Positions 37,462 to 49,304 of a stretch of 54,336 bases of DNA are shown piece by piece. Numbering within the stretch: the stretch's first letter is position 1; each line of letters starts with the position of its first letter. Under the pieces are notes generated by a model that worked only from the letters and a program-made list of their open reading frames with translations, did no database searches and was not told the DNA's origin. The DNA comes from Octopus bimaculoides (taxonomy: Eukaryota), in assembly GCF_001194135.2 (NCBI RefSeq), contig NC_068992.1, positions 40,824,335-40,878,670 on the forward strand. The letters run 5' to 3'. Both the position numbers and the translations under genes were made by a program.

Positions 37462-37667
37462 GGTTTAAAATTTTGGCGCAAAGCCAGCAAGGTCGGGGAG
37501 GGTGATGTGGTGGTAAGTCGATTAAATCGACTCCAGTGCTCAACTGGTACTTATGTTATCGATCTCAAGACGATGAAAAGTAAAGTCGCCTTCAGCAGAA
37601 TTTGAACTCAGAAAATAAAGACGGATTTTGTTCGGCGTGCTAATCAGTCTGCCAGCCCGCCGCCATT
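37462..37667 (-). mobile_element. SINE family A
   Basis: Tail-to-tail with the previous copy. Confidence 0.85.
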
Positions 37668-37849
37668 CTTAATACTGTAAGAATGGCATCAGTGGCGACA
37701 TGCTGAACGGGTGTTTCTTCAACTGGCAAAGTTGAATATGGTACAGGTATTACTTGTGCAGGGGTCGGTTCCTTCAAGTGACAGACAGCAAGGGACCAAT
37801 TTGCAGCGTGGTAAATCACTTTTAATACCTATTTGAATCAGATGTATTT

Positions 37850-37851
37850 CT

Positions 37852-37885
<34 letters not shown>

Positions 37886-37886
37886 G

Positions 37887-37946
<60 letters not shown>

Positions 37947-38030
37947 GCTATCTATCTATCTATCTATCTGTCTGTCTGTCTGTCAATTCATCTATCTATC
38001 TGTCTATTAGTCTGTCTATCTGTGTGCCTG
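37850..38030. repeat. (TATC)n/(TGTC)n tetranucleotide array
   Basis: Direct reading; similar arrays at about 23465-23570 and 26290-26400. Confidence 0.95.
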
Positions 38031-39124
38031 TGTGTCTGTTTCCCAGTATTCTTTCACTTCTTTTTACTCACACTGTGCACCACCCACCCCGATCTTTCTC
38101 TCCGTTACCTTTTTATTTCTTTTACTATATTTCCTTCTGCCTACTCTGTTCTCAACATTTCTTCAGCCTTTCTCAAAGAACTGGAAGAATCCACAGGCAG
38201 GGAGACAACCACACCCCCAACAAACCCAACATCCCAACGCCCCAACGAACCTCCACCCCGCCTTCCTGGCTATGTCTTGTCTGTCTTGGTTAGAATTATT
38301 TCTCATTCCTCAACTCTGATGTAATTCACTTGAATGGGATATAATCCTTTAATTCTTTCTTATTTCACATTTTTGGTTCGTTACAATTCCTTCTTTCTCT
38401 CTTCCTTCTTCCTCCCTCTCTCAATACTCTCTCTCTGTCTCTCTCTCTTTCTCCGTCATTCTTCGAGAGGAAATATTTTTTTCAACAACTTAAAAAAAGT
38501 AAAATAAAAGTAAAATAAACAAAAAAAAAATGATTCCCAGTCTAAAGAGTTTACTTATATGGTTTCTTTCTTTTTCTTATTTTTTCTTTTTTTGTTTAGT
38601 TGTTAAAATTAGATTTGGTTATATTTGAGTAACTCGTTATAAAGATTTGATATCATGAGATGGCAGCTGGTTTGAAGTTGTCTCAGAAAATGTAATTTAT
38701 AGCGAAGAGAAGGATGAAGACGGATGAAGAACCCCCCCCCCCCAAAAAAAAAAAAAAAATGAAGGAAAATGAAGGAGAGAAGGAGAGAAGTGGGACCAAA
38801 ATAAGAAAGGGAATAATGATAAGCTTGGAGAAACAAGATCAAGAAGCAGAAAGAAGATGAAGAGGAAAGGAGACGAAGATTATCGCCACCAACAATAACA
38901 ACACAAACAAATTGCGAGCCAATAACGGAGAGTTCTTATGGTCGATTGACCTGATAAAAATAGCAGCAATTTTTCTTTTAAATCACATCGTACGGTCTCA
39001 GAAAAAAGAAAGAAAAAATAAGACATATCAGATAAGGTAGTCCTAGATATTTTATGTCTGAAATTAAAGGCAGAATAGTCACGGTTGGAAGAATCAACGT
39101 CTGCTAGAAAACAGCTAATACATG

Positions 39125-39176
<52 letters not shown>

Positions 39177-39229
39177 CATGTATTAGCTTACACACACACA
39201 CACACACACATATATAGCATGTACTAGCT

Positions 39230-39260
<31 letters not shown>

Positions 39261-39840
39261 ATATATGTAACGATAGATTTGTATAAAATTAATACTATAT
39301 ATTACATAACAGATGTTGTATATAAAATTTACACTATGTATCAAATAGATAGTTGTAATATATAAAAATTAATACTGCTAGCTGACACACCACCCTCCAG
39401 GTGGTTTTCTGCAAGTCACGAGATAATATCACACATTTTATTCCCTACTTGGGTAAATTTTCTATGTGACAGCTAATTTCTATTTGTATCTTTTACTCAT
39501 TTGATAGCATTTACTCGGTCAATAAAGAAATTTACAATAATGGTAAACACTCAAAGATAGTGTAAGAATTTATGGAGAAATCAGGTATGTTGCTGACTTA
39601 GCTTAGCCCCGTTAAGATCCTTAGTTTATCGTATGTATGCATGTTAGAAGATTTCATAACTTCGCATAATAGGCAACTGGTTTGCACCAACCAACACGTA
39701 CTAGCAAAAAAGTATATTGAAAGACTTACGGTAGGCTTGAACCCGTGACTGTATAACTTACCATTTGATCTTCGTTACTTTTCAGTCTCCACCCCATACA
39801 TACATACATACATGCATGCATACATACATCGCCACATATC

Positions 39841-40054
39841 CTTTTTTACTCTAGGTACAAGACCCTAAATTTTGGGGGAAGGGGCCAGTCGATTAGCTCG
39901 ACCCCAGTAGGCAACTGGTACTTAATTTTTCGACCCCGAAGGAATGAAAGGCAAAGTCGACCTCGGTGGAATTTGGACTCAGAACGTAAAGTCAGACCAA
40001 ATACCGCTGAGCATTTCGCCTGGCGTGCTAACGTTTCTGCCAGCTCGCCGCCTT
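39841..40054 (-). mobile_element. SINE family A at the 5' junction of a LINE fragment
   Basis: Near-consensus copy; approximate duplication tcgc(c/a)acatatc on both sides. Confidence 0.9.
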
Positions 40055-40055
40055 A

Positions 40056-41166
40056 TATCTCGCAACATATCATCAGATGAAAGGATAAGCCTATATGAGC
40101 AGAAGACTATGCATGGATATTTTAGTAGAAAGCTCCATGATGATAGTAACATCGATCATGAAAGCAGTTTATCATTGACAAATAGCTGGAATACTACCTC
40201 CCACTTTGAAGGGTATGCATTTGCAATCCAGGAACAAGAAATATCAACCAAGTACCTGATACACAGAAGGGATAGAGATGCAGGAAAAGCAGTGAAATGT
40301 GACAACCGATGCAGATTTTGTGGATTTTACACTGAAAATATCACCAACATCATAAGCAGTTGTCCGAAAATGTCATTACATTATTATCTACCGATGAGAC
40401 AAGATATTATAGCTAGGACACTCTATAATGAAATCCGTCGGAAGGATAATCCCAAGGACAAAGAAATAGGAGCCCACAATATAGTAGAAGCCATAGCCAC
40501 CCATAATAAAAAGGAATACTGGTGGAATGTTCCAGTGAAGACCTCAATAAAATGTAAGCACAACAGACCTGATTTAATGATGTGGGATAGAGAAGAGAAA
40601 CTGTGCACAGTTGTGGAAATTAACTGCCAAGCAGATGTTAACATATAGCTAAAGATCAGTGAAAAAGAGAACACCTATGCTGAACTATTGAGAAATCTGC
40701 AGTTACTCTATTCAGATTACAAATTCAGGTTTATACCTGTAATTAATGGGATCCTGGGATATGTAACACACTGCCTAAATACCAATCTTGAGGAAGTAAG
40801 CTTCTCAAAAGCAAAAAGCAGAAAGCTAGCACGAAGACTACAGATTCAATCCTTCACTGGAACTGTAAGAATCTGTAAAAATTTCCAGAAGTTTATCATT
40901 TAAATATATATGAGCGTATCTAGATATGCAACTAAATGCATGAGAGTACATACATAAAACATACATACATACATACATACATACATACATACACACATAC
41001 ATACAAACAAAAATACCCTGCTGCTGTTGTTGAAATTCCAATGAAGGAGCCTTGGATCTAGGTTAGAAACTGGTTCTTTCTCTATTGGCNNNNNNNNNNT
41101 TGGATCTAGGTTAGAAACTGGTTCTTTCTCTATTGGCAAGAAATCTTGAAATAAACTGAATAATGA
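40056..41166 (+). mobile_element. 5'-truncated R4/Dong-like non-LTR retrotransposon (lineage 3)
   Basis: FAIQEQEISTKY; zinc knuckle CRFCGFYTENITNIISSC (H to N); restriction-like endonuclease HNRPDL...VVEINC; one in-frame TAG at 40646; stop at 40903; 3' UTR ending in (TACA)n. Confidence 0.9.
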
Positions 41167-41611
41167 CATACATACATACACACATCCATCCATCCATCCA
41201 TCCATCCATCCATCCATCCATCCATATATACATATGCGGTGCTCCAGCATGACCGCAATCTAAGAACTGAAACAAATGAAATAACTAAAAGACTATATTG
41301 TGAACGGATAGGGATATTGGATCCAGGCAGATCCCGATCAAACACTCTTGTATAATCCAGATTCTGGCTAATCACTTCGAGTGATATGGAATAACATCAG
41401 ATGGGTTAATCAATTCGCATCAGTCTTTACTAGTGGCAACATCTAGAGTAAAGCTGCATGGATACATTTAAGCAGGATGAAATCTCAATGCAGCCGAACC
41501 AACAGGATGCAAATGGACATCACAGACATAGGAATCCACGAAGTAGAAACACATGTCGGACGGAGGTTTAGAGAGAATATACTATACATATAAAAGACTG
41601 TTGTAATAATG

Positions 41612-41820
41612 ATTTCAAATGTTGTCACAAGGCCAGCAATTTCGGGGAAGCGGTAAGTCGATGACATAGAACCCAGTGCTTAACTGTTACTTATTTTATC
41701 GACTCCGAAAGAATGAAAGGCAAAGTGGACCTTGGCGGAATTTGAACTTAGAATGTAAAAACGGATGAAATGTTGTTAAGCATATTGTCCGGCGTGCTAA
41801 CGCTTCTGCCAACTCCCTAC
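41612..41820 (-). mobile_element. SINE family A
   Basis: Head abuts the (TAA)/(GAT) array at 41822-41910. Confidence 0.85.
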
Positions 41821-41821
41821 C

Positions 41822-41895
<74 letters not shown>

Positions 41896-41910
41896 AACAA
41901 TAATAATAAT

Positions 41911-42464
41911 GCCCGGATGCAGTACCAGGCATTGGCTCTCATTGCTTCTGATCTTAACTGATTGTAAGCGTTATCATGTACATTGTTTTGTCTTGGTATA
42001 AAAGATGGGCCACAGCAAATATTCTGCTCATTACCACAGATATGCTTGTTAGTTATTTGACTTCAACCAGTTGAGTATGTCCCTTAGTGGCCGACGATAT
42101 GTGCATCTCTGATCACGAGCAGAAGTAGTAGGGGAGCATCATAGCCATGTGTTGAGAGGAATTCTTTGGGGTTTGGATAATTTTTCCTCTGGAAACATGG
42201 GTGTTTTGCGCAACATCCTTAAAGAAACCTTATTCAGGGACCTTTGAGCTGGATGGGCTACTCGATCTGAAGAAAATTCTAACTGGAACCCATCTGCGAG
42301 GTCATGTGCTATTTATCTTGATATGAGATCACCATGTCGCGCATATATGATTGTGATCCATGTGCCTGGTGTACCCTTATCAGACGGGTAGTCATGATGG
42401 GTATAATGGGCTTCGTATATTTTACCCCAGTGTCACTTTGATGGCATGCACTGCTCTCTCACTC
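41911..42464 (+). mobile_element. Unclassified non-coding TAA-flanked element X, copy 1
   Basis: Same 5' and 3' termini as the copy at 45759-46135; (TAA)n on both sides; no ORF and no tRNA head seen. Confidence 0.75.
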
Positions 42465-42468
42465 AATG

Positions 42469-42502
<34 letters not shown>

Positions 42503-42518
42503 CGATGATGATAATAAT

Positions 42519-42728
42519 TATTTCAAATTTTAGCAGAAGGCCATTAAATTCGGGGCGGGGTTAAGTCGTTTACATTGACCCCAATTCTCAACTGGTAATT
42601 ATTTTATCGACCTCGAAAGGATGAAAACAAAGTGGACCTCGGCGGAATTTGAACTCAGAATATGAAGACGGACAAAATACCGCTAAGAATTTTGTCCGGT
42701 GTGCTAATGATTCTACCAGCTTACCGCC
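42519..42728 (-). mobile_element. SINE family A
   Basis: Tail in the TAA array; head abuts the lineage-2 LINE fragment. Confidence 0.85.
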
Positions 42729-43452
42729 GCAGCTCAAGAACCAGCGTTAAGGACCAACTATGTGAAGTGCAGAATAGACAACGTTACCGACAGCGACAAA
42801 TGCAGAACTTGTGGTGAGAGGGGTGAAATAGTATGGCACACCGTTAGCGAATACCCGGAATTGTCACAACGCGAATACAAAAGACAGTATGGCAATGTGG
42901 CAAAAATGATCCTTTGGGAGCTCTGTGAAAATTACGACCTGCAAGGAGCAAAGACGTGGTATGAGAAACCCCCCGGAGTCACTGAAAATGAGAATTGCAA
43001 AATCCTGTGGGATGTAATGATCCAGTGCGATTACTTGACTAGACATAGGAAACCTGACATTGTTGTGGTGAATAAAAAAGAAAGAACATGTTTGATAATT
43101 GATATATCAATCCCTGGTGACAACAGGATCAATGTGAAAGAAGAAAAAAATAAACAACTATGATGATTTAAAGTGGGAAATACGAAGGCTGTAGTCAATG
43201 AAGAGAGTAGACGTGATACCAATAATATTTGGTGGATTTGGAAGTATTAGCGCCCAACTACCAACATGGCCGAAAAAGACCGGTGCAAGTGTGAAGGTAG
43301 AACACCTGCAAAAATCAGCATTGCTTGGAATTGCAAGAATTCTTCAAAGGGTTCTTGAAGCATGACCAGTAAACTGGTGTCACATTAGTCTGCTGGCTGT
43401 GGACAGCTGACACTTTCCATCATACCCAGCAAATTAAGCTGTGAGTTTTCAT

Positions 43453-43453
<1 letters not shown>
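42729..43453 (+). mobile_element. 5'-truncated R4/Dong-like non-LTR retrotransposon (lineage 2)
   Basis: AAQEPALRTNYVKCRID; CRTCGERGEIVWHTVS; ILWDVMIQCD..RHRKPDIVVV..IIDISIP; HLQKSALLGIARILQRVLEA*; (TAA)n tail. Confidence 0.9.
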
Positions 43454-43530
<77 letters not shown>

Positions 43531-43533
<3 letters not shown>

Positions 43534-44040
43534 TGATCACATTGCACTCCTCTGGAACTTCACCATTCAAACTGACAGAAAGATAGACGCAAATAGGCCA
43601 GACATCATACTGAAAGACTTCNNNNNNNNNNNNNNNNNNNNNNNNNNNNNNNNNNNNNNNNNNNNNNNNNNNNNNNNNNNNNNNNNNNNNNNNNNNNNNN
43701 NNNNNNNNNNNNNNNNNNNNNNNNNNNNNNNNNNNNNNNNNNNNNNNNNNNNNNNNNNNNNNNNNNNNNCTCAGATACCAGGAAACCCCAAAATGGCTGA
43801 AGTTCAAAAGATAGTGCCCATATCCTACGTAAAATACTGTCTATGTAATCTCAAATTTTAAAACAAACACATACTTTTCTTATGGTTTCTTAAACATTCA
43901 CTAGAACAAAACTGTACAAATCCAAATATATGGTACCCTAGGCATAACACCTACATGAACTTCTAGCTTGTTGTCTCTTGAGGTCTCTGGGTGAGACTTG
44001 GATCCAACTTGTACAAATGCAAAACAAAAGTCAAACATAA
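43531..44040 (+). mobile_element. 5'-truncated R4/Dong-like element (lineage 1), gap inside
   Basis: NDHIALLWNFTIQTDRKIDANRPDIILKDF, then QIPGNPKMAEVQKIV; 3' UTR nearly identical to 886-1090; (TAA)n on both sides. Confidence 0.9.
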
Positions 44041-44101
<61 letters not shown>

Positions 44102-44103
44102 GT

Positions 44104-44313
44104 GCTTTCTACTATAGGCACAAGGCCTGAAATTTTGGGGGAGGGGGATAGAAAATTATATCAATCCCAGTGCCTGGCTGGTACTCATTTTTCGACCCCG
44201 AACGGATGAAGTCAATGTTGCACTCGGCGGCATTTGAACTCAGAACGTAAAGACGGACGAAACGCCGCTAAGCATTTTATCCTATGCGTTGCCGATTCCA
44301 CCAACACGCCGTT
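44104..44313 (-). mobile_element. SINE family A
   Basis: Tail ctttctactataggcacaaggcc abuts the TAA array. Confidence 0.85.
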
Positions 44314-44684
44314 TTCGCCACCGCTTTAATATTATCCGAAGACAATACCCACAAAACAGTGTCGCCCCCACCCCAGAAAAAAAATTCACCCAAAATGCTA
44401 CCCGAAATCTCATTTATGAATGATTCATGTAGAAACACAAGAGAGATAGATACACAAACCACTTGAAACCATTAAAGGTTTGCTGAAGGGTGTAGTAAAA
44501 TTGTCTCTAGGGAGAGGCTAAATGGGTAAAGTAGACGTCGAGGGATCAAATTCTTCTGACATACGTCCCAGATATAAAAACCACGTGATTTTACATAAGC
44601 CTCTCGAGTTACATTCTTGTTGTTGGTCACTTGATATTTCAGATTGCAGGGAATTGTGGTATATGAAACAGTGAATACACACCC

Positions 44685-45181
44685 TTTGATGATAGTGATG
44701 GTGGCGGTGGTGGTTGATATACTGATGGTGGTGGTGGGTGGGTGCCGGTAATGAGGATAATGATGATGATGATGGCTGTGTTGTTGGTAGTAGTAATGGT
44801 GCTTGAGATACTGATGACAGTGGTAGTGGTGATGGTGATAGCGGTTGAAATGGTGGTGGTGGCGGTGACGGTGATGGAGGAGATTCTGACTGAAGTGATG
44901 ATGGTGGTGGTGGTGGTGAGGAGGTTGGTTTCAATAGTCATAGTGATTATGATAATGCTGGTTGTGTTGTTATTATTGTTGTTGTTGATGATGATGGTGG
45001 AGCTGACGGTGTTGTTAATGTTGTTGTGGTAGTAATGATGATGGTGTTGGTGGTGAGGGTGATGAGGAACATGGTGATAACAATTATGATGATGATGATG
45101 ACGACGGCGTTGTTGACGACGACGATGATGATAATGATGATAATGATGGCGACGACAACGACGACGACGACGACGATGATG

Positions 45182-45213
<32 letters not shown>

Positions 45214-45275
45214 GGTGATGATGATGATGGTGATGATGATGATGGTGATGATGATGATGGTAATGATGATGATGA
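44685..45275. repeat. GGT/GAT/GAC trinucleotide low-complexity tract
   Basis: Direct reading; source of the poly-M/V/S/T ORFs. Confidence 0.9.
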
Positions 45276-45679
45276 AAAATAAATTAAAAAATAGATAAAT
45301 AGATGTAATGAATGAAAATAAAAATAAACAAATAGCATGTTTTACTGCCTTAAATTAAGATCAAGTTTAGTTATTTTTGCAGCAGGGAGGAAAGTTTACT
45401 CAATAATTTAAACTGACACACGTTCTCAAGTCTCACCCTACTTAATAGTTTATAATATACATACATTCATATACACTTAGGTAGACGTGGGCATTGGAAG
45501 GATTTGTCAGTGTTTCGTGTAATAAACACCAGTACTTAAAATCTTTTACCATTAATTCAAACTTGGTGACAAATAAAATGGTTATCTTTGGAGAAATGCC
45601 GTGAAGTTCTCTTTTTGGGAAAAACAAGAAGCGAAATTAAAGTAATAAATAACAACGCGTGGATTATTATTATTATTAC

Positions 45680-45758
<79 letters not shown>

Positions 45759-46135
45759 GAGTGAGAGAGCTGTGCATGACGTTGCAGGTGGAGCCCAGTT
45801 AGAATTTTCTGCATGTCGAGTAGCCCATCCTGCTCAAAAGGTCCCTGAATAAGGGTTGTTTAAGGATGATGAACAAAACACCTGTTTCCAGAGATGAATT
45901 ATCCAAACCCCGATAAATTCCTCTCAACGTATGGCTATGATGCTCCACTACTACTTCTGCTCGTGATCAGAGATGCACATATCGTCAGCCACTAAGGGAT
46001 ATGATCTGTGGTATTGAGTAGAATATTTGCTGTAGCCCATCTTTTTATACCAAGACAAAACAATGTACATGATAACACTTCCAATCAGTTAGGATCAAGA
46101 CAAATGAGAGCCACTGCCTGGTACTGCATGGAGGC
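45759..46135 (-). mobile_element. Element X, copy 2 (two internal deletions)
   Basis: (TTA)n at 45663-45758 and 46136-46220; colinear with copy 1 apart from deletions. Confidence 0.75.
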
Positions 46136-46222
<87 letters not shown>

Positions 46223-46227
46223 AGAGA

Positions 46228-46447
46228 TAAGGCGGTGAGCTGGTAGAATCGTTAGCAAGCCTGGCGAAATGCTTAGCAGTATTTCGTCCGCCGCTTCGTT
46301 CTGAGTTCAAATTCCGCCGGGGTCGACTTTGCCTTTCATCCTTTCGGGGGTCGATTAAATAAGTACCAGTTACGTACTGGGGTCGATGTAATCGACTTCA
46401 TCCCGTCCCCCAAATTTGAGGCCTTGTGCTTCCAGTAGAAAAGAATT
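46228..46447 (+). mobile_element. SINE family A
   Basis: Near-consensus copy with TTA arrays on both sides. Confidence 0.92.
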
Positions 46448-47461
46448 ATGATTATTATAGTTATTATTATTATTATTATTATTATATACACCATGGCAAG
46501 ACAGAATCAGCTATTGTAAGTCACGCAGAAGTTCTCTATTAACGTCGACAAACCACAAATTGAAAGAATGTTTATGAGATGAATTGACAGAAAACTTTTT
46601 GAATTGATGCTATTAGAGAACGATAAGTCACAAAGAAACATCGAGTACAGATTGAGGTCCCTGGCTATCGGGCGTTGGATTTCTATACTGTATCGTTGCA
46701 GTTACCGTTTGTAAATACTTGGGAGTAGCAGAGAAAGATCGAAAAGAGAACACATAATCAAAATAAACTAATTTCCTCTAAAAAAGATATCAATAGGTTA
46801 CGAGAAAATAAACATCGCACAATTGGAAACTATCATCAGATGCAAAGTGAATGATAAATTCACGACTTACTAGATGCAACTTTACGAAGGATATAGATGA
46901 TGTACGGAAACTGCAGATGAAAGAAATTAATTATTAGTAATTATCTCATTCGTAAGTAAACCAATTTCCAATTAACACAAACTACAAGCGGTGAGATAAA
47001 AGATTTATTATCGGAAGAAATGACAAGAACGCAGAACCATTAACTGCAAGTTTACCATAAACACACAAGTTGTATAACGTAATATGAAACAATATCCTCA
47101 AGGTTTTAAATATTTCTGCCTTGAAAGATCTGCAGGCATTGCTGGGTGGTGCCGTTGGTGAAATTTGCAATGAAAATAATGAGCACAACTGCGATGCAGT
47201 ATGGATAAATGATCGAGTGTGTAGTATTGAAACGTCTCCCACAAAACCTATGAGACCTCAAATGAAATTCTTTAAACAATTGCTGCAAAATTACCAAATA
47301 AAGAAATCTCCTGGGAGAGACCTTATACTGGGTTACGGGTAAGGAAAAGTGACATTCGAGGGGAAAGCTGTTGGAAATCTGCTAGAAACATAACAAAATA
47401 GACAGTGAAGTAGATGTCTCAAGCTGGTTGACACTTATTTATGCAATTACTATCGTAGTTA

Positions 47462-47842
47462 TTATTACCTCCGTCTTAGCGAAGGCGGAGGTATTGTTTT
47501 CAGTCGTGTTTGTTTGTTTTTTGTTTGTCCGTGGACAAAATATCTCAAGAACCGCTGGATGGATTCGAATGAAACTTTCAAAGATGGTTGGCCTCATGAC
47601 TGGCACGAATTGATTAAATTTAGGAATCGATCCGGTACAGGACAAGGAGTCTGGATTATTTTTCCTGTTTTCTTTTTTTACTTAATTTTTGAGAGCGGTC
47701 GGGCTGGTATTTTATATTCTCGTTTGTGATAGCCGTCGAGTTTATTTCAGATATTCTCATTTTAAAAATCAACTCTGGCCAATCGCTGAGAGGGCGCTGG
47801 AGTTGCCTTGACGGAGGTCTGCGATCTCTGAGTGCTCTTGTT
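47462..47842 (+). mobile_element. Helentron-type non-autonomous element (HINE/DINE-1-like)
   Basis: 5' subTIR acctccgtc (47467-47475), nearby inverted ggcggaggt (47484-47492), (GTTT)n, 3' subTIR gacggaggt (47810-47818), terminal hairpin-like gcgatctctgagtgc, T-rich junctions. Confidence 0.75.
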
Positions 47843-48054
47843 GTTGTTGTTTTTACTATTATTCGATGTTGTTATTTTCGTTATTACTAAAACATAGAGT
47901 TATTTCTCTTGAGTATCGAACATAAAATGCTTTGCGACATTTAATCTGGCGTTTTAGGATCTAAACTAAAATACCGCATTGCTTTTATCTTTTAGAGATC
48001 GATATAAATGACTTTTTCCTCTTCCCAAATTTCTGGAATTTTATCGATGTTAAG

Positions 48055-48186
48055 TGAAAGCGCGTAGCCAAGTGGTTAGAGTGTTGCGTTCAAAGTCGCA
48101 AGATCGTGGGGTCGACTGAGTGCTGCGTTGCGTTCTTGTGCAAAACTTTTCATTTCAAATTGCTCCAGTTCATTCAGTAGTAAATA
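48055..48186 (+). mobile_element. C1-like SINE head, probably interrupted by the mariner element
   Basis: gtgaaagcgcgtagccaagtggttagag...gttgcgttcttgtgcaaaac...ttgctccagttcattcag. Confidence 0.55.
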
Positions 48187-48188
48187 TA

Positions 48189-48956
48189 CATAGTGCGGCG
48201 AATAAATTGCCGTCTAAATTACGCAAGAATGAAAATAACACTGACATCTCATATTAACAAATATATTTACCAAAATTACATAAAATATCTTGAAATACTA
48301 AAGAGTAAATTTATTCAATAAAATCGCCATTGGCTTCGACCACGGCCTCCAGACAATTTCGGAATCTCCTGCAACTCTTCTGAACGGTCTCCTTCTTTAA
48401 CTTCGTGAATGCTGCCATAATCCTTGCCTTAAGTTCATCTTTGGTGTTACAAGGAATTTTGTTGGTCTCTCGCTCAACTGCGCCCTAAGGGAGTTGTAGT
48501 CTGGGGAGTTAGGTGACCAGATGTTAGGGGTGATGTAGTCGCAGAAATTGTCTAACAGCCATGACTAGGTTCTCCTGCTTGTGTGGCATGGTGCAGGGTC
48601 CTGTTGCCAGACATAGGGTCTCCATAGCCACCCTCTTGATACAGGGCACTTGATGTAGGCTTTGTGTTGAGTGTGAGGTCGTGTGGGAAGATGAATGGAA
48701 GCATAACGTCGCCATCACTAGTGATCAATCCAAACACCACGTTGACTGGATGTTTGACTTTTATCACTCTCGGTACATGTCCCCAAATTGCATTTTCCTC
48801 AGAATGACACCTAAACACTCTGAGATGTTCGTATTGGAGCTTCCGGTGCGAATGCTAAGCAATAAAGCATGTTGTTTCCAAATTTCAGGCAGAGTGAATT
48901 GCGTTATGGTGCTATTTTTCTCATAGACGATTCCCAACTGACCTTACTATACTCTG
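48189..48956 (-). mobile_element. Internally deleted DD37D (maT/Bmmar1-like) Tc1/mariner element
   Basis: KHPVNVVFGLITSDG; YVWQQDPAPCHTSRRT*SWL...IWSPNSPDYNSL; GAVERETN; LEAVVEANGDFIE*; TA at 48187 and 48957 with weak terminal match tacatagtg/tacagagta. Confidence 0.75.
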
Positions 48957-49304
48957 TAGTCGACGTAATCAAAGACAAACAATGTACACGAGCAAAATTA
49001 TGAATATAAAATGGCGACAATTTACCCATCGCACGCTGTACATCCCTGGGACGGGCTGGTGTCCCGTTCAGGGGGAATGGTAGCGAATAATCCCACTTCC
49101 TTAAAATTACCAGTATTGTGTCTAAGTGAGAAACAACTAGAAACCATTGTTATTGCTGTTGTTGTTGTTGTTATTATTATTATTATTATTGTTGTTGTTG
49201 TTGTTGTAGTAGTAGTAGTTGTTGTTGTTGTTGTTGTTGTTATTATTATTATTATTGTTGTTGTTGTTGTTATTATCATCATCATCATTATTATTATTAT
49301 TATT

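Noticed and set aside
41052-41138. 38-bp direct duplication in the lineage-3 3' UTR
   Set aside because: It flanks a 10-N gap exactly and is single in the 33771 copy; most likely a contig-overlap artefact
42090-42130. Hammerhead core CUGACGA in element X (copy 2; ccgacga in copy 1)
   Set aside because: No stem II followed by GAAA downstream
41911-42140. Short matches of element X to U2 (TGCAGTACC) and U1 (TGATCACGA) snRNA
   Set aside because: Only about 9 nt each and not colinear with the snRNAs; chance level
47121-47342. Plus-strand 73-aa ORF ending near a GTAAGG donor, and the overlapping hydrophobic minus-strand ORFs
   Set aside because: No recognisable domain, weak acceptor, no partner exons
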